DNA of 64,000 bases, taken from the NCBI GenBank assembly GCA_963771465.1, contig CAVYTU010000014.1:768001-832000 (forward strand). The letters run 5' to 3'. Shown here piece after piece: positions 10,838-20,017 of this stretch. The DNA is from an uncultured delta proteobacterium (GTDB lineage: Bacteria; Desulfobacterota; Binatia; UBA9968). The notes under the pieces are model-generated. The model ran no database searches, was not told the DNA's origin, and worked only from the letters and a program-made list of their open reading frames with translations. Every line of letters starts with the position of its first letter. The stretch's first letter is position 1. Position numbers and translations under genes: made by a program.

Positions 10838-12272
10838 TCTCACGCCGCTCTTGCCTGCGATCCAGGTCTTGGTGACGGCGTTGGTCGTCGTCGGGCGCGA
10901 TCTTTTCATTGAAGAGAACGAGTCGAAAGGCGTGCTGGCATTTTATAGCCTGGTCGGTCTCGGGCTGGCGGTAGCGGAAGTCGTGGTGCTGCTTTCCGGC
11001 CGCCAGGAAAGCGCGTTCAACGAGAGCATCATGCTCGACGGCTTCGCGCTTTTTTTCACCTTGATTTTTTTAATGGCTGCGGCGCTGACGATTTTGTCCT
11101 CGATCCATTACGTCAGACAGACCGGTATCCACGAGGGCGAATTTTATTCGCTGATTCTCTTCGCCACCGTCGGCATGATTCTCATGGCGGCGGCCAACGA
11201 TTTGATCGTTTTTTTCCTTGGCTTGGAGACCATGTCAATCGCGATTTACGTGCTCACCGGTATGTGGCGCTCAAGCGGCCGCTCCAGCGAAGCGTCGATG
11301 AAGTATTTTCTCATGGGCGCATTCGCCACCGGGTTTTTGCTCTATGGCATCGCGCTGATTTACGGCGCCACCGGGTCGACCAACCTGAACCAGATTTCCA
11401 CGTTCTTGCTCGATCAGCCCACCGAGTGGCCGGCTTATCTGATCGGCGGCGGTTTCTTGCTGCTGATCGGTTTTGCTTTCAAAGCCGGCGCCGTGCCGTT
11501 TCACTTCTGGGTGCCGGACGTCTACGACGGCGCGCCGACGCCGGTGACCGGTTTTATGTCGGTTGCGGTGAAAGCCGCGGCGTTCGCCGCCTGGGGGCGG
11601 ATCGTACTTTACAAGCTGTCGCCTCTGGATGGCGACTGGGTGTTTCCGCTCTGGGTCGTCACGATCGCGACGATGACATTGGGCAACATCCTGGCGATCA
11701 CCCAGACGAGCGTCAAGCGCATGCTCGCTTACTCGAGCATCGCTCATGCCGGCTATCTGCTGATCCCCATCGTCGTCGGCGTCGAATGGGGAGGATTGCC
11801 CCTGCTCTTTTACGTTTTGACGTACTCGTTCATGACGCTGGGAGCATTCGCCGTCCTAAGCTCAATGTCTGAAGGCGATGAGCCGCGCGAGAATTATTCG
11901 GACTTTGCCGGCCTCGGCTTTAGGCGGCCATTCATCGCTCTGGCGATGAGCTTGTTCATGCTTTCCCTTGCGGGCTTTCCACCGCTCGCCGGCTTCGCCG
12001 GAAAATTCTACGTTTTTCGTTCAGCCGTGCTCGCAGGTCATTTACCTCTCGCCATCATCGGCGTGCTCAACAGCCTGCTGTCGGTGATCTATTATCTGCG
12101 CGTCATCGTCGCCATGTACATGGAAGAAGGCGGCGCCGAAGGCAAACGATTTGTTGAAGCGCCCTATGTTTATGTCGCGATTCTCATCGCCGTTGCTGGC
12201 ACGCTCTACCTTGGCATCCTGCCCAGCGCAGCGCTCGACTGGAGCCGCATCGCCTTTGCATCGCTGGAATAA
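10827..12272 (+). CDS. nuoN: NADH-quinone oxidoreductase subunit N
   Basis: EASMKYF, PFHFWVPDVYDGAPTP, KRMLAYSSIAHAGY, GFPPLAGFAGKF. Confidence 0.96.
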   Translation: MDVNLTPLLPAIQVLVTALVVVGRDLFIEENESKGVLAFYSLVGLGLAVAEVVVLLSGRQESAFNESIMLDGFALFFTLIFLMAAALTILSSIHYVRQTGIHEGEFYSLILFATVGMILMAAANDLIVFFLGLETMSIAIYVLTGMWRSSGRSSEASMKYFLMGAFATGFLLYGIALIYGATGSTNLNQISTFLLDQPTEWPAYLIGGGFLLLIGFAFKAGAVPFHFWVPDVYDGAPTPVTGFMSVAVKAAAFAAWGRIVLYKLSPLDGDWVFPLWVVTIATMTLGNILAITQTSVKRMLAYSSIAHAGYLLIPIVVGVEWGGLPLLFYVLTYSFMTLGAFAVLSSMSEGDEPRENYSDFAGLGFRRPFIALAMSLFMLSLAGFPPLAGFAGKFYVFRSAVLAGHLPLAIIGVLNSLLSVIYYLRVIVAMYMEEGGAEGKRFVEAPYVYVAILIAVAGTLYLGILPSAALDWSRIAFASLE

Positions 12273-12312
12273 ATCAGTTGCAAGCTAGAAGTTGCGGATT
12301 CGGCGATTTAAT

Positions 12313-12339
12313 CGCAAAGAGCGCAAAGCACGCAAAATG
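12313..12339. repeat. Nonamer tandem array (CGCAAAGNN x3) after nuoN
   Basis: cgcaaagag cgcaaagca cgcaaaatg; no clear inverted arm. Confidence 0.55.
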
Positions 12340-12386
12340 GAGAATCGGAACGGTTTTCTCCCGCGGCGGCACTGCCGATACGCCAA

Positions 12387-13277
12387 TCAGTTTGATTTGG
12401 CGTAGAAACCAATCGCCACCGGCACTTCGGCTGTGCCGGCGACGAACTCTTCGAATTTGCCGGACTTAACAAACAGCTGGGCAGAGCCGCCGCCGTCGAG
12501 ATTGAGCAAGTCGGGCGCGTCCAACTGCCACTTTGCGTTGCTGAATAGTTCTTGCAGCTCAGCGAAGCTCAGGCCGCCGATCACCGCATCAGTTACCCCG
12601 ACAATGATACGTCCTTGCTTGTCGACACCGATCATAGCCCGGCGCGCGTAGCGGCCGAGACCGCTCATTATATCCACCGGCGCGCCGTGATTGAGTAGCA
12701 GGGGACCGGCTTGCAGCGCCTCGCCGGCGTGCCCCGGTTGAAAGTCATCACGGTGCAGCACCAACGGCTTTGCGTCGTGAACCGCGAAGATACCCGTATA
12801 AAGCGCATGCTTCGATAGGCTGCGATTGATTTCCTGACTTCCTGTCTTTAGGTAAGCCAGCGCGCGCCCTTTGTCATCGAAGTAGTTGGCGTTGATGGCC
12901 GCCAAGGCGCCGCTTTTCTCCGCGAACGTTTTCGCGTTGGCACTTTTGAGTTGGAAATCGGCGGCGATCAAAACCTTCGCGGCGATTAGCTTGGAATCCA
13001 GTCGTAGTAGTTTAAGCTCGAGTGTCGAACTCGGCTCGGAACGTTCGAAAGCGAGCTTACGGTATTCAAGGCCTTTCTGAATGGTGCGCCAGTTGCCTGG
13101 CGCCGTGACCGTGAGGTTGGAACTGATTTTACCTTTGGCAGTGCTCTGCGGTTCGATTGGCGCTGCGAGCAGAATTAACCAAACGGAACTGATCGCCAGC
13201 GCGCTAGCAAAACGTTTCATATGGGATGAGAATAACAAACGAAGCCGTAAAGAAAAGCGCCTCATCGGTAGTCTCAA
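12387..13277 (-). CDS. Exported phosphodiester glycosidase (NAGPA/EpsL-like) family protein
   Basis: AAINANYF, QAGPLL, ARRAMIG, LNLDGGGSAQL family motifs; signal-like N-terminus (real start may be 13220). Confidence 0.8.
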   Translation of the reverse strand: MRLPMRRFSLRLRLLFSSHMKRFASALAISSVWLILLAAPIEPQSTAKGKISSNLTVTAPGNWRTIQKGLEYRKLAFERSEPSSTLELKLLRLDSKLIAAKVLIAADFQLKSANAKTFAEKSGALAAINANYFDDKGRALAYLKTGSQEINRSLSKHALYTGIFAVHDAKPLVLHRDDFQPGHAGEALQAGPLLLNHGAPVDIMSGLGRYARRAMIGVDKQGRIIVGVTDAVIGGLSFAELQELFSNAKWQLDAPDLLNLDGGGSAQLFVKSGKFEEFVAGTAEVPVAIGFYAKSN

Positions 13278-13356
13278 AGTCTTGGAACTATCAGTTTGCT
13301 TCGCGAGGCGTGTTGCTGCTAACTAAAACAGAGAGAAAATTTTTCAGGAGGAAATC

Positions 13357-13572
13357 ATGGGTAAATGTTTTCGATTAACGAGCGTTATTTTGGCCATCGT
13401 GGTGATATCGGCATGCGGCGACAAGAAAGATCAAGCGGAGCGCGAGGAGGCGGCGAAGCAGGCGATCCAACAGGGAGCGCAAAAAGAACAGAAGATGATG
13501 GAAGGTATGGCCAAGGGCGTCGAGAACCTCGAAAAGAAAATGACCGAAACTAAGGAAGAGACGAAAAAATAG
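13357..13572 (+). CDS. Small lipoprotein of unknown function
   Basis: AGGAGG SD, lipobox-like ISAC, charged helical tail. Confidence 0.7.
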   Translation: MGKCFRLTSVILAIVVISACGDKKDQAEREEAAKQAIQQGAQKEQKMMEGMAKGVENLEKKMTETKEETKK

Positions 13573-13613
13573 CCCATGGGGCGACGCGGCGGCAGGTGTC
13601 ACTGACACCGGCG

Positions 13614-13973
13614 TTAGGCGTGAATTTTCGGCGCGATCTCGAAAACCACGCGGTTTAGCTGCGGCGGCGAATCGCGCAGCGTCAATATCTGCTTGCGAAA
13701 ACCGTCGTCGGTGACTTGCTTCGCCATGCAGGCAAATTTCTCGCCTTTGACGATAATCTCTACAGCGGGATTCTTGATCATGTTCTGACACCAGTGTTTG
13801 CCTGCGACCTGGCTCGAAGTCGCGTAGAAGTTTCCTTTGGAATGGAGAAAGCGCAACTCCACCGTGCGCAGCTGGCCGGTTTTGCGACCTACGGTAGTCA
13901 GATTCGCGACGATGGTCGACCCGTCTTTTAGGTTCATGGCCACGAATATACTTTTCTGATCGCCGTGAGACAA
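13614..13973 (-). CDS. Deazaflavin (F420)-dependent nitroreductase-family / split-barrel oxidoreductase
   Basis: LTTVGRKTGQLRTVEL and HWCQNMIKNPAVEI match DDN-family TxGRxSG / WxxNLxANP motifs; start uncertain (13937-13973). Confidence 0.75.
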   Translation of the reverse strand: MSHGDQKSIFVAMNLKDGSTIVANLTTVGRKTGQLRTVELRFLHSKGNFYATSSQVAGKHWCQNMIKNPAVEIIVKGEKFACMAKQVTDDGFRKQILTLRDSPPQLNRVVFEIAPKIHA

Positions 13974-13989
13974 GTCGGTGGCGATCGTC

Positions 13990-14019
13990 TTGACTCTCTC
14001 GGAGCGGCAAGGATAAGCT
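13990..14019 (+). promoter_or_regulatory. Possible sigma70 promoter for the dienelactone hydrolase gene
   Basis: TTGACT-18 nt-TAAGCT. Confidence 0.35.
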
Positions 14020-14040
14020 TGGCGACGTTTAAGCGGTGAA

Positions 14041-14892
14041 ATGAGTCGTTATTTTCTGGAGGCGAGCATGGCGGTAAAGAAGTCGACGGGAATCGTTCCG
14101 ACAATGGTCAAGTTCGGCAGCGGTATCAGCGCCGTGCGGGCGTTGCCCAAGGCCAAAGGCAAACGGCCGGCGGTGATTATTCTGCACGAACGCTACGGTA
14201 TCGATCAGCATACCAAAGATCTGACGGCGAGATTGGCTCAGTCCGGCTTCGTCGGCCTGGCGCCGGATCTGTTCCATCGATTCACCGGCGACCGCAAAGC
14301 GCTGCTGCGCGGCGAACAACGCGTCGATCTCACCGATGACGGCGCGCTGGCGGATCTAAATGCGGCGATCGACTATCTCAAAAGATTGAAAGAGGTCGAC
14401 GCGACACGTATCGGCATCATCGGCGTGTGTCAAACCGGACGCCAGCCGGTGTTGGTCGCGGCGAACCGCGATGACATTGCCGGTGTGGTCGTGCTTTACG
14501 GCGCCATCGGCGGCCGAGAGTGGCAGGGTAGCGAGCTTCGCCCAACACCGATTGAAGATCTGGTCGCTAAACTGAGCTGTCCAGTGTTGGGCGTGTTCGG
14601 CGAAGCCGATCATATTATTTCAGTCGATGACGTGGCGCGCTTTCGCAACTGTTGCGAGAAGTACAAGAAGAGCTGTCACATCCGCGTTTATCGCGACGCG
14701 CCGCATGGCTGGCTCAACGACACCATGCCCGGTCGCTATCGTAGGGAAGCCGCCAACGACGCGTGGAAGCTAATGATGGCGTTTCTGAAAAAGTGCTTCG
14801 CCGGCGGGTGGGATAAGGATCGCATTTCCTGCACCTTCGAAAGCGATTACTCGGCTACTTACGATTTTAAGAAAAATGTCCGCATGGAATAG
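14041..14892 (+). CDS. Dienelactone hydrolase family protein
   Basis: VIILHERYG, APDLF, GVCQTG nucleophile Cys, EADH, APHGW; likely start ATG 14068. Confidence 0.85.
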   Translation: MSRYFLEASMAVKKSTGIVPTMVKFGSGISAVRALPKAKGKRPAVIILHERYGIDQHTKDLTARLAQSGFVGLAPDLFHRFTGDRKALLRGEQRVDLTDDGALADLNAAIDYLKRLKEVDATRIGIIGVCQTGRQPVLVAANRDDIAGVVVLYGAIGGREWQGSELRPTPIEDLVAKLSCPVLGVFGEADHIISVDDVARFRNCCEKYKKSCHIRVYRDAPHGWLNDTMPGRYRREAANDAWKLMMAFLKKCFAGGWDKDRISCTFESDYSATYDFKKNVRME

Positions 14893-14899
14893 TGAAGCG

Positions 14900-15859
14900 A
14901 TGCTGAAGTTGAACCGATTTCTTGTGCGCGCGATGACGATACTCACTGCGCTGGCGATTCCCGCTCCCGGCGCTGCCGCGCCGGCGGTGGAGCGCGTGAC
15001 GCTCGCGACGCCGAGCCGCGGCCTGTTCGAATTTCCCGTCGTCGTCGCCATGCGCAAGGGATTTTTCAAAGACGAAGGGATCGAGGTCGATAAGATTCAA
15101 ATGCAGCCGGCCGTCGGTGTCAAGGCGTTGATGTCCGGCGATGTTGATTATTTGCTCGCCTGGGGATCAGCGCTGCGCGCCGCGGTTTCCGGCGTGCCGA
15201 TCAAGGCGGTGCTCGGTTTTGCCGGGCGGCCGCTGCATGTTTTGATCGCTCGTCCTGAGATCAAGTCGCCCAAAGACTTGAAAGGCAGGATCATCGGTGT
15301 CGATTCGGTCGCCGGCACGGTCGACTATCTATCGCGCGTGGCAGTGCGCCACTTCGGTTTCGAACCGGAGAAAGACGTCAAGATCATCGTCACCGGTGAA
15401 AGCCCGACTCGCCTGGCGGCGTTGCGTGCCGGCGCCATCGACGCGACGCCCATTGACGTCGCCTTCGCGGTGAAAGCTGAGGACGAGGGTTTCAAGCGGC
15501 TGGTTTATTTGGGCGATCTCATCGAACTGCCGCTTTCCGGCATCGCCGTGATGGAGCAAAAACTCCAGACCCAGCGCGATCAAATTAAGCGAGTCGTGCG
15601 CGCCGGCGTGCGCGGCCTGCGTTTCATGAAACAAAACCGCAACGAGACCGTGCAGATGCTTTCCGACTATCTGCGCATCACACCGTCCCAGTCGGCCAGA
15701 GCCTACGACGCGTCGATCAATTCGTTCACCGACGACGGCATTATTTCCGACAAAGGCGTGCTCCTCGACGTGCAGCTCACCAAAGAGCGGCTCAAGCTGA
15801 CGAAAGACATTCCACTCAGCCAGTTGGTGGATTGGAGTTTGGTGCGGGAGATCAAGTAA
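14900..15859 (+). CDS. ABC transporter substrate-binding protein, NMT1/SsuA type (orphan)
   Basis: Signal peptide, KGFFKDEGIEV, DLKGRIIGV, ALRAGAIDA. Confidence 0.8.
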   Translation: MLKLNRFLVRAMTILTALAIPAPGAAAPAVERVTLATPSRGLFEFPVVVAMRKGFFKDEGIEVDKIQMQPAVGVKALMSGDVDYLLAWGSALRAAVSGVPIKAVLGFAGRPLHVLIARPEIKSPKDLKGRIIGVDSVAGTVDYLSRVAVRHFGFEPEKDVKIIVTGESPTRLAALRAGAIDATPIDVAFAVKAEDEGFKRLVYLGDLIELPLSGIAVMEQKLQTQRDQIKRVVRAGVRGLRFMKQNRNETVQMLSDYLRITPSQSARAYDASINSFTDDGIISDKGVLLDVQLTKERLKLTKDIPLSQLVDWSLVREIK

Positions 15860-15917
15860 CTCCACGATTGTTGGAGTTACAGTCTTGCGCGAAATTCGTA
15901 GTTGAAGGAGAAATCTC

Positions 15918-16304
15918 ATGCTCACAGGTTCATGTCTTTGCGGCGGTGTGAAGTACCAGATCGATGGCGCGCTGGGAGCGGTGACGAATTGTCATTGTAG
16001 TCTGTGCCGGAAAATGTCGGGCTCGGCTTTTTCGAGCGGTTCGACAATCCCTGCGGCTTCGTTTCGGTTTGTTTCCGGTCAGGAATTGCTCAAGGAGTGG
16101 GACTCGTCGCCGGGCAATCATCGGGTTTTTTGCGGCCGGTGCGGTTCGCCAATTTTAAAGAAGAAAGACAAAGATCCCGAGCACCTCCGTTTTCGCCCCG
16201 GGACTTTGGACAGCGATCCCGGCGTGAAGATTTCCAAACACACGCATGTAAGTTCGAAAGCGACCTGGGTGGAGATCAAGGACGGCTTGCCGCAGTCCGG
16301 ATAG
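15918..16304 (+). CDS. GFA (glutathione-dependent formaldehyde-activating / CENP-V) family protein
   Basis: GSCLCG, CHCSLCRK, FCGRCGS Zn motifs. Confidence 0.9.
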   Translation: MLTGSCLCGGVKYQIDGALGAVTNCHCSLCRKMSGSAFSSGSTIPAASFRFVSGQELLKEWDSSPGNHRVFCGRCGSPILKKKDKDPEHLRFRPGTLDSDPGVKISKHTHVSSKATWVEIKDGLPQSG

Positions 16305-16307
16305 AAA

Positions 16308-16342
16308 GACAGAAGTCAGACGTCATAAGTCAGAGATCGGAA
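16308..16342. repeat. Heptamer tandem array (GTCAGAN-like), single arm
   Basis: gacagaa gtcagac gtcataa gtcagag atcggaa right after the GFA stop. Confidence 0.55.
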
Positions 16343-16367
16343 TCGATTAGCGCATTCTAAACTACCC

Positions 16368-16949
16368 TTGAAACTGCCGCGTACTTTTTACGAACAATCT
16401 ACCGTTGATGTAGCCAAGCAATTGCTCGGCAAGTATCTGGTGCGCAAGCATCCCGATGGCGATAGTAGCGGGCGGATCGTCGAGACTGAAGCATACATCG
16501 GCCCACAAGACTTGGCTTGCCACGCTGCGAAAGGCCGGACCAAGCGCACGGAGGTGATGTTTGGTGCTGCGGGGCATGCCTATGTTTATTTCATTTACGG
16601 GTTTTACAATATGCTCAATTTGGTGACGGAAGCGAAGGATTATCCGGCGGCGGTTTTGATTCGCGCGGTCGAGCCAATGGACGGTATCGAATTGATGAAG
16701 GAACGGCGGAAGAGCAACGTGCTGCGTAATCTTGCCAGCGGGCCCGGTAAACTTTGCCAGGCGTTTGCCGTCGACCGAACGCTCAACGGCGCCGATCTAA
16801 GCGGTAATGTGCTTTACGTTGAAGATCGCGGTGAGCCGGCGCCGAAGTTTCAAGCGACGGTAAGAATCGGCGTCGATTATGCCGGCAAGTGGAAGGATAA
16901 GCCGTTTCGCTTTATTGTGCGGAGCAGCGAGTTTGTCTCTAAACGGTAA
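16368..16949 (+). CDS. mpg: DNA-3-methyladenine glycosylase (MPG/AAG family)
   Basis: GRIVETEAY, AYVYFIYG, AVLIRAVEP, GPGKLCQA, RIGV. Confidence 0.93.
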   Translation: MKLPRTFYEQSTVDVAKQLLGKYLVRKHPDGDSSGRIVETEAYIGPQDLACHAAKGRTKRTEVMFGAAGHAYVYFIYGFYNMLNLVTEAKDYPAAVLIRAVEPMDGIELMKERRKSNVLRNLASGPGKLCQAFAVDRTLNGADLSGNVLYVEDRGEPAPKFQATVRIGVDYAGKWKDKPFRFIVRSSEFVSKR

Positions 16950-16958
16950 CCGCACCTG

Positions 16959-17456
16959 GTGTTTGAATTGACCGAAGTTCCACGATACCGAATCGTCGCT
17001 CAAGTGAACCGTCGGGTGCTGGCGCAAGTCGGTCCGCTCATCCCTGGTGCTTTGAGTCGGCATGACGACGAGCTTGGGCGTGAAGCGAGAGGAGAATTTC
17101 TCATCGATACCGGCGCCTATGGGGCGATGATCGATCTCGATGTCGCGGAGTCGTTGCAGTTGCGGTTGCAGGGCAGTCGTGAAGTTCACGGCATTCACGG
17201 CTACGGATGGTTGCAGCAGTTTCTCGCCAGAGTTTCTTTGCCGGCGTTCGATGACAGTGGCAAATCGACGTTATTCACCACGGTGGTCGAGTGCGTCGGC
17301 GTGCCGTCGCTCAGCGCGAAGAATCGCGAGCATGGCGTCGAGGTCATCGGTATTCTCGGGCGGATGTTTTTACGCGATTCACGTCTAACCATCGATGGAA
17401 TTGGCGGCCGAGTCGAAATAGAAATCAGCGTCGATGCCGCTAACGGCTCGCGGTGA
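16959..17456 (+). CDS. Retropepsin-like (clan AA) aspartic protease
   Basis: LIDTGA catalytic motif and ILGRMFL psi-loop motif; 165 aa single-domain size. Confidence 0.7.
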   Translation: MFELTEVPRYRIVAQVNRRVLAQVGPLIPGALSRHDDELGREARGEFLIDTGAYGAMIDLDVAESLQLRLQGSREVHGIHGYGWLQQFLARVSLPAFDDSGKSTLFTTVVECVGVPSLSAKNREHGVEVIGILGRMFLRDSRLTIDGIGGRVEIEISVDAANGSR

Positions 17457-17459
17457 AAA

Positions 17460-18080
17460 TTGATGGCCTCGAGTTGCAAAACTATTTACGTCGATCTCGA
17501 TGACGTGCTGTGCCAGACGGCGCGGCACTTTCTCGTCATCGTCGAACGTGAATTCGGTAAGCGAGTTAGCTATGAGCAGCTTACCAACTTCGATATCGGC
17601 ACCTCATGCGGTTTGCGCATGGAGGAGCGGGAGCACTTGTACCGTGTCGTGCACGAGCCGGATGAGCTCATTAAGATCGCTCCTATTGAAGCAGCGATCG
17701 TGGCCTTGAGGCAGTGGGTAGAAGCTGGATTTGAGATCGCGATTGTCACCGGCCGACCGCCGGATTCCTACGAAGCGTCGCTCGCCTGGCTTTCGCAGAA
17801 TCGCGTGCCGCATCATTCCTTTTCGATGGTGAACAAGTATGGGCGCTTTACGACTGAAAATACCGTGGCGATTAACCTCGATGAGCTGGCTGCGCGCAAC
17901 TATTGTTGGGCGGTGGAGGATTCGCTGCCGATGGCGGAGTATCTAGCCGGTCAGATGAACCTGCGCGTGGCGCTGATCGATTGTCCGTGGAATCGCTCGA
18001 CGCAACCACACGCCAACGTCAGCCGCTATACTGATTGGCCGACGCTTGGGCAATCGATGCCGAGCGTCGCTGTTCGCTGA
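17460..18080 (+). CDS. HAD-superfamily 5'(3')-nucleotidase-like (NT5C) protein
   Basis: YVDLDDVL, IVTGRP, AVEDS, PWNR motifs. Confidence 0.8.
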   Translation: MMASSCKTIYVDLDDVLCQTARHFLVIVEREFGKRVSYEQLTNFDIGTSCGLRMEEREHLYRVVHEPDELIKIAPIEAAIVALRQWVEAGFEIAIVTGRPPDSYEASLAWLSQNRVPHHSFSMVNKYGRFTTENTVAINLDELAARNYCWAVEDSLPMAEYLAGQMNLRVALIDCPWNRSTQPHANVSRYTDWPTLGQSMPSVAVR

Positions 18081-18094
18081 GTGTCGGAGAAGCT

Positions 18095-18548
18095 CTAAGT
18101 CACCTGCACGGGCGGACCGCTTTTCGAATGGCGTTCGGTGAGTTCGAGAGTGTAACCGTCAGGATCCTCAATGAAGGCGACTTTGTCTTGGCTGCCGGGC
18201 CGGTTGGACTGTGGTTCCAGCGTAAATTTCACGCCCGCTGATTTCAATCTTTCACTAAGCGAATAGAGGTCAGACACGTAAAGCGCAACGTGGCCGTACC
18301 ATTTCGGCATTTCTTTTGACATGTCCGGGCCCACCGGTCTCGATGAGTTCGAGGCCGGTATTTTCATCTTCGCTGCCATAACCGAGATAACCCACTCGCT
18401 CGCTTTTCGCCGGATTGGGTCTTATGCGCTGTACGTCCATGCCAAAAAGCCTTGTGTAAAAGTCAATGCTGCGATCCAAATCGCTGACTAGCATCATCGT
18501 ATGTCGAATACGAAAGGTGACGTCATTTACAGTTTTTTCGCCGGCCAT
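18095..18548 (-). CDS. Lactoylglutathione lyase / VOC-family protein, one frameshift near 18315
   Basis: RHTMMLVSDLDRSIDFY...GLELI joined to YGHVALYV...AFIEDPDGYTLELTE by removing one A from an A-run. Confidence 0.8.
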
Positions 18549-18661
18549 TTGATCCCTCGTGTTTGCGCGCAAGATCGTGACTTGTGAATTTTGCCGAGAC
18601 TAGCGCAGTAGAACGGCGCTAATCAAGCTTGGCTGCGGCGGATAATAACGCGATTTTGCAA

Positions 18662-18817
18662 TCAGAGATGATGTCGATCGAGGCGACGCTGCCGGCCGGC
18701 CCAATAGACGAGGGCGATGAGAACCAGCATGGTGAAATACCAGTTGCGGACCGCCCAATCGAGCAACCAAAAGAACTGCCCAATCAATCTACCAGCGAAG
18801 GTCCCGATCAAATCCAT
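18662..18817 (-). CDS. Small membrane protein (51 aa), unknown function
   Basis: MDLIG...WYFTMLVLIALVYWAGRQRR: one hydrophobic helix then a basic tail; GGGGG SD-like upstream. Confidence 0.5.
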   Translation of the reverse strand: MDLIGTFAGRLIGQFFWLLDWAVRNWYFTMLVLIALVYWAGRQRRLDRHHL

Positions 18818-19083
18818 TTGCGTACCCCCTGGAAAAGCGATTTGCGCGCGGGCTTGGACGTTACTTGATGATAGTGGGCTTGCCGGAGTGAGCGCAAGCA
18901 GAACTGCTTTGGGAGGCGCGTTGGAGATAGGGACAAGCGCGTACAAATGCTTCCAATAGAGGAAGCAGCGGACTTAAAGCCCAAAAAATTTTACCATGAA
19001 CGCTTCGAATCGGCGCTCACAGCAAGATCACGGCGAGAAATGGTATTTTACGATGGCGAGCTGAGGCAAAACTCGGAGCGCGA

Positions 19084-19939
19084 CTAAGCAAGCGCTTTGG
19101 TAAACGCACGGCGGAGAAATACCCCGATCAAGTGACGCTTGTATTCGGCGCCGCCTTCGAGATCGTCGACGGGATCGGCGGCCTCTGCCAACGCTTCGGC
19201 TGCGTCACTCAGCTGTCTTTCGACTTGTGAGCGAGCACCGGTGAGCAGGTCGTTCGCCTTATCCGACTGAGTTGGCACGGCACTGACGCTGCCGACGACC
19301 GCCGATGCTTTCTTAATCGTGGCGCCGTCGAGATCGAGGACGAGCGCTAGACCGAGCGTCGGCCGTTCTTTGAGTTGGAACTTCAAATAAGCTGCGCGCT
19401 GCGTTTTCGTCGGCAGCGGAATTTCCACGCTGGCGAGCAGCTCGTCGCCAGCGAGGGAAGTTTCATAGGCTCCCGTGATCAGTTTATCGACCGCCACGGT
19501 ACTCGCGGCGGATTTTCCCTGGACATGTGACTTTCGCACCAAGCGCCGTCAATAGCGTCGCCGGATCGGAGTGCGGCTCGGCGAAACAGAGATTGCCGCC
19601 GAGCGTGCCGCTGGCGCGCACGCGGATGTTGGCCACGTTGGCTGCCATGGTCGCCAACACCGGCAAGTTCTGCTGCACGAGCGCCGAGCGCTCGATCGCC
19701 CGATGGGTCGCCGTGCTGCCGATAACGAGGGCGCCGTTTTTCACTTCAATGTTGTTCAGGTTGGGAATCGTTTTGACATCGACCAGGTGCTGATAGCGCA
19801 AGAGATCATGTTTCATCGCCAGCAGCAGCTCGGTGCCGCCGGCGTAGAGCCGGCCATTTTCGCCGAACTCGGCGAGCATCTGCGACGCTTCGGAGATGGT
19901 TTTCGGTTGATGAATCGTGAATTTCCTTAAGGGCATCAT
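19084..19939 (-). CDS. Xanthine dehydrogenase-family FAD-binding (medium) subunit, frameshift near 19530
   Basis: YAGGTEL, IRVRASGTLGGNLCFAEPHSD, C-terminal AEYKRHL; the two ORFs join by deleting one base. Confidence 0.85.
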
Positions 19940-19943
19940 CAGA

Positions 19944-20004
19944 ATTTTCGATTTTGGATTTTCGATTTTGGATTGGTCGGACATCCAGAAACGAAAATCA
20001 AAAT
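19944..20004. repeat. Inverted heptamer-array element (GATTTTS units)
   Basis: attttcgattttggattttcgattttggatt then degenerate inverse atccagaaacgaaaatcaaaat. Confidence 0.75.
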
Positions 20005-20017
20005 AGCCTCGGCTTTC

